Below, in pieces: positions 28,760 to 36,774 of a stretch of 64,000 nucleotides of DNA. This DNA comes from Burkholderiales bacterium (lineage in GTDB: Bacteria; Pseudomonadota; Gammaproteobacteria; Burkholderiales; SG8-41). The first letter of the stretch is position 1. Every line of letters begins with the position of its first letter. The DNA lies in contig DATFWO010000099.1 of the NCBI GenBank assembly GCA_035259205.1, forward strand, positions 812 through 64,811, written 5' to 3'. The translations under genes were made by a program, and so were the position numbers. The notes under the pieces are model-generated. The model had not been told where the DNA came from. It ran no database searches and was given only the letters and a program-made list of their open reading frames with translations.

Positions 28760-29464
28760 ATGGACGGGCGTAAACTGATTTTGGAGGCCAGGAAGCAGGG
28801 ACGGTCGGCGCTCGATGAGCTAGCGGGCAAGCAATTGCTTGCGAGTTACGGCATTGCTGTGCCGAAATCCCTCGTAGTCCGCGATGCAGCGCAGGCGGCT
28901 TCGACGTGCGCGACCCTCAAGCCGCCGCTGGTGCTCAAGGTGATGTCGCCCGACATCCTCCACAAGAGCGACGTGGGCGGCGTCAGAGTCGGTCTGAACA
29001 GCGGCGAAGCGATCGTCGAGGCGATCAGGGAGATGATGGCCACGCCGCAGATCGGCAACGCGCGCATCGACGGCTTTCTGGTCGAGGAGATGGCGCCGGC
29101 GGGGCAGGAGATCGTCATCGGCGGCGTGCGCGATCCGCAATTCGGCCCGCTCGTCATGCTGGGGCTGGGCGGGCTGTTCGTCGAAGTTCTGGCGGATGTT
29201 GCATTCCGCATTTGCCCGATCACCGGGCTCGATGCCGAAGAGATGCTTGATGAGCTGAAGGGCGCTGCGCTGCTCGCCGGCGCGCGCGGGCGCAAGCCGG
29301 CGTCGCGTGCCGCCGTTTTGGATTCGCTGCTCAAGGTGGGTGGTGCGGGGGGCCTGCTGATGGGCTACGCGGACGACATCAAGGAGGCGGACATCAATCC
29401 GCTCGTCGTTTCGGAAACCGGCGCGATGGCGGTCGATGCGCGCTTTGTTTTAACCAAAAGGTGA
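28760..29464 (+). CDS. ADP-forming acyl-CoA synthetase, beta (ATP-grasp) subunit
   Basis: 234 aa ATP-grasp_5-type domain (KV.SPDILHKSDVGGV, ADINPL), as in NDP-forming acetyl-CoA synthetase beta subunits. Confidence 0.8.
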   Translation: MDGRKLILEARKQGRSALDELAGKQLLASYGIAVPKSLVVRDAAQAASTCATLKPPLVLKVMSPDILHKSDVGGVRVGLNSGEAIVEAIREMMATPQIGNARIDGFLVEEMAPAGQEIVIGGVRDPQFGPLVMLGLGGLFVEVLADVAFRICPITGLDAEEMLDELKGAALLAGARGRKPASRAAVLDSLLKVGGAGGLLMGYADDIKEADINPLVVSETGAMAVDARFVLTKR

Positions 29465-29579
29465 CGAGGTACGGGTGACGAAGATGCGGGTGACGAGATA
29501 CAGGTGACGAGATACGGCTGGCCCTGGTTGTAGGTCACCCTTATTCGTCACCCTTATTCGTCACCTTTATTCGGCACCT
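29461..29579. repeat. Mirror arrays: 4 x GTGACGA (14-15 bp period) and 4 x GTCACC (13 bp period)
   Basis: gtgacga at 29461, 29475, 29490 and 29504. gtcaccc/gtcaccc/gtcacct/ggcacct at 29534, 29547, 29560 and 29573. The first unit contains the upstream TGA stop. Confidence 0.85.
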
Positions 29580-29584
29580 CTTTG

Positions 29585-31069
29585 ATGAGCGAGAACGTAA
29601 TCGAGCGCTTCCGGCCGCTGTTCGAGCCGAAGACAGTGGCGGTCCTCGGCGCGTCGAGCCGCGGCGGGACGGTTTCCAACATCTTCATCCGCCGCATCCG
29701 TGAGTTCGGCTTCGAAGGAGCAATCTATCCGATACACCCGTCGGCCGAGAGCATAGACGGACTGCCGGCCTATCGCAGTCTCGCCGGCACGCCCGACGTC
29801 GTCGACTATGCGTTCATCGCGATTCCCGGTGGACAGATACCGTCCCTGCTCACGGAGGCGCGGGGACGCGTGCGATTCGCGCAGGTGATTTCCAGCGGAT
29901 TCGGCGAGGTCGACGAGGGCAGGCAGCTGCAGGACCAGTTGGTCGCGGCAGCGCGCGAGGGAGGCATGCGGCTGATCGGCCCCAACTGTCTGGGCCTCTA
30001 TTCGCATCGCGGCAAGGTCACCTTTACCGAGACCTGGCCGCAGGAGCTGGGCACGATAGGGGTCATTTCACAAAGCGGCGGGCTTGGCACGGACATCGTG
30101 CGCCGGGGAATCATCCGGGGCCTCAAGTACTCCGCCGTGGTGACTGTGGGCAATTGCGCTGACGTCGGGCCGAGCGAGCTGCTCGAGTACTATCTGGCCG
30201 ACGCGCAGACCCGCGTCGTCGGAATGTATATCGAATCGGCCGGTGACGGTCGGCGGCTGTTCGAGATGCTGCGCGCAGCGCAAGCGAAAAAACCGGTCGT
30301 GATCCTGAAGGGAGGACGCACGCGACTGGGCAAGATGGCCGCGGCCTCGCACACCGGCTCGCTTGCTGGCGATGATCGCGCGTGGGTCGCTCTGTCCCGG
30401 CAAACAGGGTGTGTCCTGGTGGAGACGCTGGATCAGTTCCTGGATGCGCTGCTCGCGTTCCAGACGCTCAAGCCGCGGCCGCAGCATCCCACGCGGGAGA
30501 CCGTGTTGTTCGGCAACGGCGGCGGGGCGAGCGTGCTGGCAACCGATACCTTTGCCCGCCTGCAGCTGGAGGTCGCGCCGTTCGCCGAACAGGCGCTGGA
30601 GGCGCTCGCTGCGCTCAAGCTGCCGCCCGGCAGCAGCATATCGAACCCGGTGGATACTCCGGTCAGCACGCTCCGCCACGAGGATGGGGCGGTCGCGGAA
30701 AAAATCCTCGAGGCGATCTACGGGGTTGGCCGCCCGCAGGCGCTGGTCATGCACCTCAATCTGTCCGCGTTCGTGGGCCGCACCCAGAGCGACGTCCTGG
30801 GCAACCTCATGGAGATCGCGCTGCGAGTGCAGGCGCGCTATCCCGGGCAGGCGCACTTCATGCTGGTGCTGCGCGCGGACGGCGAGCCGGCGCTGGAAGA
30901 GCGCAAGCGGCAGTTCCGCGCCCGGGCGACGGCGCTCGGGATACCCGTGTACGACGAGCTCGAGCACGCGGCCCGCGCGCTCGCGGCGCTGGCCTTTCAC
31001 GAGCGGTTCCTGCATTCGAGAGCATTGACCGTGACTCGTGACTCGACCCCGATTACGGAAGCTTGTTAA
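29585..31069 (+). CDS. ADP-forming acyl-CoA synthetase, alpha (CoA-binding/ligase) subunit
   Basis: CoA-binding N-terminus (VAVLGASSRGG), GPNCLG, and the phospho-histidine loop AASHTGSLAGDD. ATG at 29585 preferred over the TTG at 29582 in the ORF track. Confidence 0.85.
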   Translation: MSENVIERFRPLFEPKTVAVLGASSRGGTVSNIFIRRIREFGFEGAIYPIHPSAESIDGLPAYRSLAGTPDVVDYAFIAIPGGQIPSLLTEARGRVRFAQVISSGFGEVDEGRQLQDQLVAAAREGGMRLIGPNCLGLYSHRGKVTFTETWPQELGTIGVISQSGGLGTDIVRRGIIRGLKYSAVVTVGNCADVGPSELLEYYLADAQTRVVGMYIESAGDGRRLFEMLRAAQAKKPVVILKGGRTRLGKMAAASHTGSLAGDDRAWVALSRQTGCVLVETLDQFLDALLAFQTLKPRPQHPTRETVLFGNGGGASVLATDTFARLQLEVAPFAEQALEALAALKLPPGSSISNPVDTPVSTLRHEDGAVAEKILEAIYGVGRPQALVMHLNLSAFVGRTQSDVLGNLMEIALRVQARYPGQAHFMLVLRADGEPALEERKRQFRARATALGIPVYDELEHAARALAALAFHERFLHSRALTVTRDSTPITEAC

Positions 31070-31141
31070 GCTGCCGTTAAATCACGCCTCATCAGTCGCG
31101 CCTCGCCAGTCACGAACCATCAGTCACGCATCAGCAGTTAC
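31031..31141. repeat. GTGACTC x2 followed by 5-unit 14-bp-period CAGTCACG array
   Basis: gtgactc at 31031 and 31038 (inside the 3' end of the upstream CDS). aaatcacg, cagtcgcg, cagtcacg, cagtcacg and cagttac at 31079, 31093, 31107, 31121 and 31135. Confidence 0.8.
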
Positions 31142-31147
31142 TTTCCC

Positions 31148-32356
31148 ATGTACCAGTCCGATTTCAGAGCAGTTCACTATCCCTATCGCCTTTACAGCGG
31201 CAAGAACGCCCTCGACAAGCTGCCCGATGAAGTCGGCCGGCTCAAAGCGCGCCGCGCGTACATCGTTTGCGGCCGCACCGTATCGCGCAAGACACCGCTC
31301 ATTTCGCACATGCGGGAACTGCTGGGCACGGCTTGCGCTGGCGTGTTCGACGAAGTCGACAAGGAAACCACCCGTTCTTCCATGGTGCGCGCGACCGAGG
31401 CGGCGCGTGCGGCGCAGGCGGACCTGATCATAGGGGTGGGAGCAGGCAGCGTGATACAGGGCGCGCGTATCGTTGCGATCCTGCTCGCGGAAAAGAAACC
31501 GATCGAGGAGCTGATTACGAAGTATCCGGAGCAGGGTCCCGCCGTGAGCGCGCGGTTGATGGAGCGGAAGCTCCCCATCATCAATGTACTCACCGCGCCG
31601 ACAACGGCGCAGAATCGGGCGGGTTCGAGAATGAAAGACGACGAAACCGCCCGCGGCATGGAGTTCTTCGACCCGAAGACGCGGCCCGCGGCGATTTTCT
31701 GGGATGAGGACGCGCTGCTCACCGCGCCGGTATCGCTCATACGCTCGACGGCGAGCGCGGTTTATTGCCGCGCAGTGACGAATCTGGGCGGTGTTGCGAT
31801 CAATCCGCTGGTGGAGGGCGACCGGTTGCAGGCCTATCGGCTCACTTCCAGGGCGCTCGCGCGTATCGCCGCTCTCGCCGACGCCGGCCCGCGCTACGAC
31901 CTGTGCGCAGCGACCTTGCTTCAGAACCGGGAGAACGACGACGGCGGCGCCCAGTTCGAGCGTCTGTGGGCGGTGCGCGTGGCGTATGCGCTGTCAACTG
32001 CGCTCATCAGCATTTGCGGGCACGTCGGCCAGGGCGAGGCCTACAGTTCGTTGATGGGCACGGTAACGCGGCAGCTGGGGGCGCGGGATCCGGAGGCAAT
32101 GGCGCGGATCGCCCATGCGCTGGAAATCGCGAAGGAGGGAGAGCCCCCGGCGCAAATGCCGGCACGCGTTGCCGATAGCTTCGACGCGACTTTTCGCTCG
32201 ATCGGCATGCCGATTCGCCTTTCGCAGCTGGATATCGATCGCGCGGTTTTTCCGCGCCTGGTCGAGCACTCGCTCACCAACTTCAACGCGGACCCCAAGC
32301 GCGAGTTCCGCCGTGAGGGGGAGATGCTGACCGAGGTTCTCGAAGCGGCCTGGTAA
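31148..32356 (+). CDS. Iron-containing alcohol dehydrogenase family protein (maleylacetate-reductase-like)
   Basis: 402 aa Fe-ADH fold with IIGVGAGSVIQGAR in place of the GGGS loop. Last gene of the carboxylase operon. Confidence 0.7.
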   Translation: MYQSDFRAVHYPYRLYSGKNALDKLPDEVGRLKARRAYIVCGRTVSRKTPLISHMRELLGTACAGVFDEVDKETTRSSMVRATEAARAAQADLIIGVGAGSVIQGARIVAILLAEKKPIEELITKYPEQGPAVSARLMERKLPIINVLTAPTTAQNRAGSRMKDDETARGMEFFDPKTRPAAIFWDEDALLTAPVSLIRSTASAVYCRAVTNLGGVAINPLVEGDRLQAYRLTSRALARIAALADAGPRYDLCAATLLQNRENDDGGAQFERLWAVRVAYALSTALISICGHVGQGEAYSSLMGTVTRQLGARDPEAMARIAHALEIAKEGEPPAQMPARVADSFDATFRSIGMPIRLSQLDIDRAVFPRLVEHSLTNFNADPKREFRREGEMLTEVLEAAW

Positions 32357-32639
32357 CTCGGCTCGGCATCTACTTACGGTTCCCGTGAAAGTCGTCAAGG
32401 CGATCGGGTTGAAGATCCAGTAATCCTGACGAACGTCGAACGTGCGTGGTCCGGCACATGCTCAACGATTGGACATCAAATGAGGAATATCCCTCTACTT
32501 CCAGCCATCCTGTAGCGATGTCCGCAGGATGACTGTTTACATTCTGTTACCAAATCAAGGTACACCACGGCGAGCGCCGGGGCGTTGTGGTGGGCTGGGT
32601 GGGAGTTCCCACAAACCTGACCAGCCTGAGGAGAACCAG

Positions 32640-32975
32640 ATGAAGCTCAAATCGACGATGATCGCACTGATGATTGCCGCGCTGCCCGGTGTAGCGCTAG
32701 CCCAATCCACCGGCACCAAATCCACGCCGCGCATCGACCAGCGTCAAGTCGACCAGGAAAAACGCATCGAGCAGGGCGCGAAGTCCGGCCAGTTGACCGA
32801 CAAGGAAGCGGGGCGGCTCGAAAAAGGGCAGGCGCACGTGCAGAAGATGGAGGACAAGGCGGTTGCCGACGGCAAGGTGACGAAGAAGGAAAGAAAGAAG
32901 ATCGAGCACGCGCAGGACCAGCAGAGCAAGAAGATCCACCGCGAGAAGCACGACAAGCAGACGGCTGCGAAGTGA
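32640..32975 (+). CDS. Small lysine-rich periplasmic protein (111 aa)
   Basis: ATG 6 nt after gaggag. Sec signal MKLKSTMIALMIAALPGVALA. Two imperfect internal repeats G.[LV]T.KE...[LI]E..Q. Confidence 0.6.
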   Translation: MKLKSTMIALMIAALPGVALAQSTGTKSTPRIDQRQVDQEKRIEQGAKSGQLTDKEAGRLEKGQAHVQKMEDKAVADGKVTKKERKKIEHAQDQQSKKIHREKHDKQTAAK

Positions 32976-32984
32976 TGCTTCGCT

Positions 32985-33015
32985 GTAACTGCCGCGCCGG
33001 TCGCGCGGCAGTTAC
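32985..33015. terminator. Perfect 13-bp GC-rich palindromic hairpin between convergent genes (candidate bidirectional terminator)
   Basis: gtaactgccgcgc (32985-32997), loop cggtc, gcgcggcagttac (33003-33015). Lies between the stop of 32640-32975 (+) and includes the TAA stop (33012-33014, minus strand) of the sorB-like gene. Only a short T run follows. Confidence 0.55.
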
Positions 33016-33659
33016 TTGCAGTTGGTCATGCAGCGTACCGCCCTGGTATCGGGCCGGTCATCGAGGATGAAGCCGTCGCGATTGGGCATCTGCACCTTGG
33101 GCAGGCTCGCAGCATCCATCACGGCCTCGCCCGGTATGAGGCCGTTGAGGTTGAGCAGATACGCCGAGACCGCGTACACCTCGTTTGCGGTAAGGCTCTG
33201 CGGGCGATCCATCGGCATTGCGCGCCGGATGTAGTCGAAGAGTATCGGCGCGTAGGGGTACATGCTCCCCGGCGTCAAGACGCGGGCGTTGGTTGTGAAG
33301 GACCCGATGCCCCCCACCATGGATCCGTAGACCGGACCGCCTTTCCCTTCGGCGCCGTGGCAGGAAGCGCATTTCGCGTCGTACACCTTGCGGCCTTCCG
33401 CAACCGATCCGCGGCCCGCCGGCAGGCCCATGCCGTCGGAAGTGCGAATGTCGATGTTCCAGGCCGCAAGATCGCTTTCGCTTACCGCCTGACCGAAGCG
33501 TGGCTTGTCGGGCAGTGGCTGCACCGGGTGCGCCCCGGTCGCTCCCAGTGGAATACCGTCGGAAGATTTGGGCGCCACATCGCCCACGTTGGCGCAACCC
33601 CAGATTGCGGCTGCTGCGGCTAGCGCTGCCGCGGCAAGACTAAGCTTGGCCGATCGCAT
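33012..33659 (-). CDS. sorB: Cytochrome c subunit of sulfite dehydrogenase (SorB-like)
   Basis: Signal peptide, single CASCHG haem-c motif, distal Met region. Overlaps the 3' end of the SorA-like gene by 20 nt. Confidence 0.7.
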   Translation of the reverse strand: MRSAKLSLAAAALAAAAAIWGCANVGDVAPKSSDGIPLGATGAHPVQPLPDKPRFGQAVSESDLAAWNIDIRTSDGMGLPAGRGSVAEGRKVYDAKCASCHGAEGKGGPVYGSMVGGIGSFTTNARVLTPGSMYPYAPILFDYIRRAMPMDRPQSLTANEVYAVSAYLLNLNGLIPGEAVMDAASLPKVQMPNRDGFILDDRPDTRAVRCMTNCK

Positions 33660-34899
33660 TGCGCACCTCGCCGTTCGTGTTGACGGACCATGGCTGGATA
33701 CCGTTGTGATGCTGTACGAAGCCGCTGATCGCGCGCGCCTTCTGGATGTCCTGCACGCTCGGCTGCACGTAACCCGTGCTGTCGACCGCGCGGCTCATCA
33801 GCACGGCGGGAGCGCCATCCCAGTTCCAGCCGATCTTGAAGCGCGTAAGAGACTTGTCCATGACCGGCTCCTCCAGCATCGCCTCGCGCCAGTTCCTGCC
33901 GCCGTCGAAGGACACGTCGACCGCGCGTATCCTGCCTGCGCCCGACCATGCCAGACCTCTTACCTCCTGGAACCCCGGGCCCTTCAACTGCTGCCCGCCG
34001 GAGGGCGTGGTGATGACGGACTTGCATTCCATCACCATGCTGAACTTGCGCCATTTGCCGTCCGGCATCGGATCCGTGTAACGCGCGGTCTCGCTGCGGA
34101 AATACCACGGCTGATCACCGACTTTGATGCGCCGGAGCCATTTCACGCTGACGTTGCCTTCCCAGCCGGGAATCACCGCCCGTACCGGGTAGCCGTTCTC
34201 CGGGCGCAGGGCCTCGCCGTTCATGGCGTAGGCGATGATCGTGTCGTCCAGGACCTTCTCGATCGGAATCGAGCGCGTGTGCGCGGAAGCGTCGGCGCCC
34301 TCGAACAGCGCCCATTTCCCGCGCGGATCTATGCCCGCCTCCTCCAGCAGCGTCGAGGCCGGGACGCCGGTCCACAGCACGCCCGATAGCAACCCGTGTG
34401 TCTGCTGTACGGTGGTCGAAGCAGGCTTCAGCCAGTCGGTCAGCCCGTTGCCCGAGCACTCGTGGAAATGAAAGCGCGATACCGACGGGTAGCGCACGAG
34501 ATCATCCATGGTGAAGACAAGCGGTTGCTTCACCATGCCGTGCACCGCCAGCCGATGCGTCTTCGGGTCGATATCCGGCGTGCCTGCGTGGTGGCGCTCG
34601 AAAACCAGTCCGTTCGGCGTGATGATCCCCGGCTGATGCTGCAGGGGCGTCATGCTCCAGTCGGACCAGTTCTGCCGGTTCTTGAGAACGTCGGTACGGC
34701 GCCGCGCGACGTACTCCTCGTGCTTCGACGGCATGCCGTAGGCGGCAGGTTCGATCGGTCGCCCGGTTTCCCGGGCGCTCGACGGGACCGGCAGAGGCGC
34801 GGCGCGCGCCGCGCTGGTTGCGGCGAGCGCGCTTCCGGTCAGGGCTGCTGTTCTACGGAGAAAGTTCCTGCGATCGCGAGTATCGGGCGGTTGCGCCAT
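33640..34899 (-). CDS. sorA: Sulfite dehydrogenase molybdopterin subunit (SorA-like, sulfite oxidase family)
   Basis: Twin-arginine signal (RDRRNFLRRTAALTG), oxidoreductase molybdopterin-binding domain with an ECSGN-type Mo-Cys motif, and a Mo-co dimerisation domain. Confidence 0.8.
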   Translation of the reverse strand: MAQPPDTRDRRNFLRRTAALTGSALAATSAARAAPLPVPSSARETGRPIEPAAYGMPSKHEEYVARRRTDVLKNRQNWSDWSMTPLQHQPGIITPNGLVFERHHAGTPDIDPKTHRLAVHGMVKQPLVFTMDDLVRYPSVSRFHFHECSGNGLTDWLKPASTTVQQTHGLLSGVLWTGVPASTLLEEAGIDPRGKWALFEGADASAHTRSIPIEKVLDDTIIAYAMNGEALRPENGYPVRAVIPGWEGNVSVKWLRRIKVGDQPWYFRSETARYTDPMPDGKWRKFSMVMECKSVITTPSGGQQLKGPGFQEVRGLAWSGAGRIRAVDVSFDGGRNWREAMLEEPVMDKSLTRFKIGWNWDGAPAVLMSRAVDSTGYVQPSVQDIQKARAISGFVQHHNGIQPWSVNTNGEVRNAIGQA

Positions 34900-35074
34900 G
34901 GTGCCTCCCCGGGTTGCAAGCAGAACGTGACAGCCTCGACAGCAGGGAGAGCGACATCGGGCGGCGGCATGACGATGCGGCAGTCGACATCGCTACCTTG
35001 CCTCATCATGCGAGTATAGCGCGTACGGCTCATGGAGGACTCCCGCCTGCTCACCCGGGCGCGGGCAGGATCGC

Positions 35075-35935
35075 CTACCTGCGCCGTTCGGCCCCCGGCA
35101 GCGGATCGCGCGCGTCGTATTCCATGCAGGCCGATACCATCGTCGTGAACGTCGCCCCGCCGTCGGAGAGATGCTTCAGCAGCTTCTCGAGGATCATCAT
35201 CCTGTAGCCGCGCCCGATGACGAAGGGATGAAACGTGTAGGTCAGCACGCCCCAATCGACGGTCCGTTTCATGTATTCGAACTCGTTCACCCAGTTGTCC
35301 AGAACCAGGTTCGCGTTCTGCAGGCCGGGGAGCAGGGACTCCCTGGTACGGACGTACTCGAAGTGCGGATAATCGTCCAGCGACCAGCTGATCGGCATTT
35401 CGATCAGCCGTGTCGGCTGGCCGAACGCGGCGGGTTTTTCGAGCTCGATCACGTCGCCGCGACGCACGCGGTACGGGAGGTAGTCGTGACCCATCATCGA
35501 GCTGTCGTAGAGGAAGCCGTGCTTCAGCAGCAGATCGACGGAGGACGGGCTCAAGTCCCATGACGGGGAGCGGTAGCCGCGCGCGCAGCTGCCGGTCAAC
35601 GACCTGATCTGCTCGTTGGCGCGCGAGAGCTCCTCCTCTTCCTGCTCGCGCGTCAAGGTCGCGGGCGGGCGATGCGTCCAGCCGTGATGGCCGATCTCAC
35701 ATCCGGCGTCAGCGACCCTGCGCGAGGCCTCGGGATAGGTCTCCAGGGTATGCCCTGGAATGAAGAAGCTTGCCGGCACGCGATACTCGCCCAGCAGCTT
35801 CAGTATGCGCGGTACCGCGACCACGCCGAACTCGCCGCGGGAAATCGGCGTGGGGCTTGTGAGTCCACGCGCGATGAAGCCGGACATCGCATCGAAGTCG
35901 AACGTGATGCAGACGAGAAGTCTTTTGCCGGGCAT
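35075..35935 (-). CDS. Polysaccharide deacetylase family protein
   Basis: Start trimmed to MPGKRLLVCITFDFD. NodB-type motifs (TFDFD, GHHGWTH, RGYRSP). The upstream 74 codons of the ORF are Arg-rich extension. Confidence 0.8.
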   Translation of the reverse strand: MPGKRLLVCITFDFDAMSGFIARGLTSPTPISRGEFGVVAVPRILKLLGEYRVPASFFIPGHTLETYPEASRRVADAGCEIGHHGWTHRPPATLTREQEEEELSRANEQIRSLTGSCARGYRSPSWDLSPSSVDLLLKHGFLYDSSMMGHDYLPYRVRRGDVIELEKPAAFGQPTRLIEMPISWSLDDYPHFEYVRTRESLLPGLQNANLVLDNWVNEFEYMKRTVDWGVLTYTFHPFVIGRGYRMMILEKLLKHLSDGGATFTTMVSACMEYDARDPLPGAERRR

Positions 35936-35946
35936 AGCCTTGTCCT

Positions 35947-36774
35947 CTACCGAGGCCTGCGCGATGCGTCCCGTGCGTGCTTCAGAAGGAAGCGCCTGTA
36001 GTCCTGCGCACACCTGTCGGGCACCGCGTCGGTAATGTTGTGCGGGAGTCCGTCGTATACGACGAATTCGCAGTCCGCGATCTTCTCCGGCAGCGCGCGA
36101 TAGTGATCGACGGTATGTATCGGATCGCCGCCGGGAGCAATGGCGAGCGTCGGACATCGAATCCGGTGCAGATCCGAAATGAAGTCAAAGCTGCGCATCA
36201 TCGGCACGAACCGTTCCAGGGTCGCTACCGGCGTTCGCGACGACTCGGCGATGAACCAGTCCACGAATCCGGGCTGCACCGAGCCGAGGTCGACGCGGTC
36301 CGCGATCGTGTCACGCAGGAAGGCAGCCAGGCCCTTCTCGCCTATTTTCCGCACCCAGGAACTCTGATCCTGCAGTCCGTGCCTGATGCCTCCCGTGCAG
36401 GCAAAAGCACCTAGGCTCAGCACGCGCTCGGGATAGGCGATAGCGGTCTTTGCTGCAACAGCAGAGCCTGCCGACGACCCGGCGATGTGGAAACGCTGCG
36501 CGCCGATATGATCGGCCAGTTCGATGACATCCCGGGCAAGCCGTTCCACTGTAAGCTCATCGGACGCCGTGAGACGGGTCGCCCCGTGGCCTCGCATGTC
36601 GATGCGCGCGACGCGGAAGTCGCGGGCCAGCTGCGGCACCCACGCATAAAAGCGCACCGAGCTGCCCATCGCCGCGTGCACCAGGATGACGGTATCGGCC
36701 GGCCGCCACGGGTCGGCGTAGTCATCGAGGGTGTAGGCGACTTCCAGGCCGTCCGACGCCGTGAAGCGGTTCAT
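35947..36774 (-). CDS. Alpha/beta hydrolase (3-oxoadipate enol-lactonase-like), paralog A
   Basis: Start trimmed to MNRFTASDG. Nucleophile elbow AGSSAGS, HAAMGSS and DMRGHG motifs. Start overlaps the stop of the upstream paralog (ATGA). Confidence 0.8.
   Translation of the reverse strand: MNRFTASDGLEVAYTLDDYADPWRPADTVILVHAAMGSSVRFYAWVPQLARDFRVARIDMRGHGATRLTASDELTVERLARDVIELADHIGAQRFHIAGSSAGSAVAAKTAIAYPERVLSLGAFACTGGIRHGLQDQSSWVRKIGEKGLAAFLRDTIADRVDLGSVQPGFVDWFIAESSRTPVATLERFVPMMRSFDFISDLHRIRCPTLAIAPGGDPIHTVDHYRALPEKIADCEFVVYDGLPHNITDAVPDRCAQDYRRFLLKHARDASRRPR

Noticed and set aside
28546-28830. 94-aa minus-strand ORF sharing the peptide FRALPCVS with the Bug protein signal peptide at 58877-59872.
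   Set aside because: The similarity is explained entirely by the shared DNA repeat arm (28646-28680 and 59815-59848). The ORF spans a spacer between two well-supported plus-strand genes.
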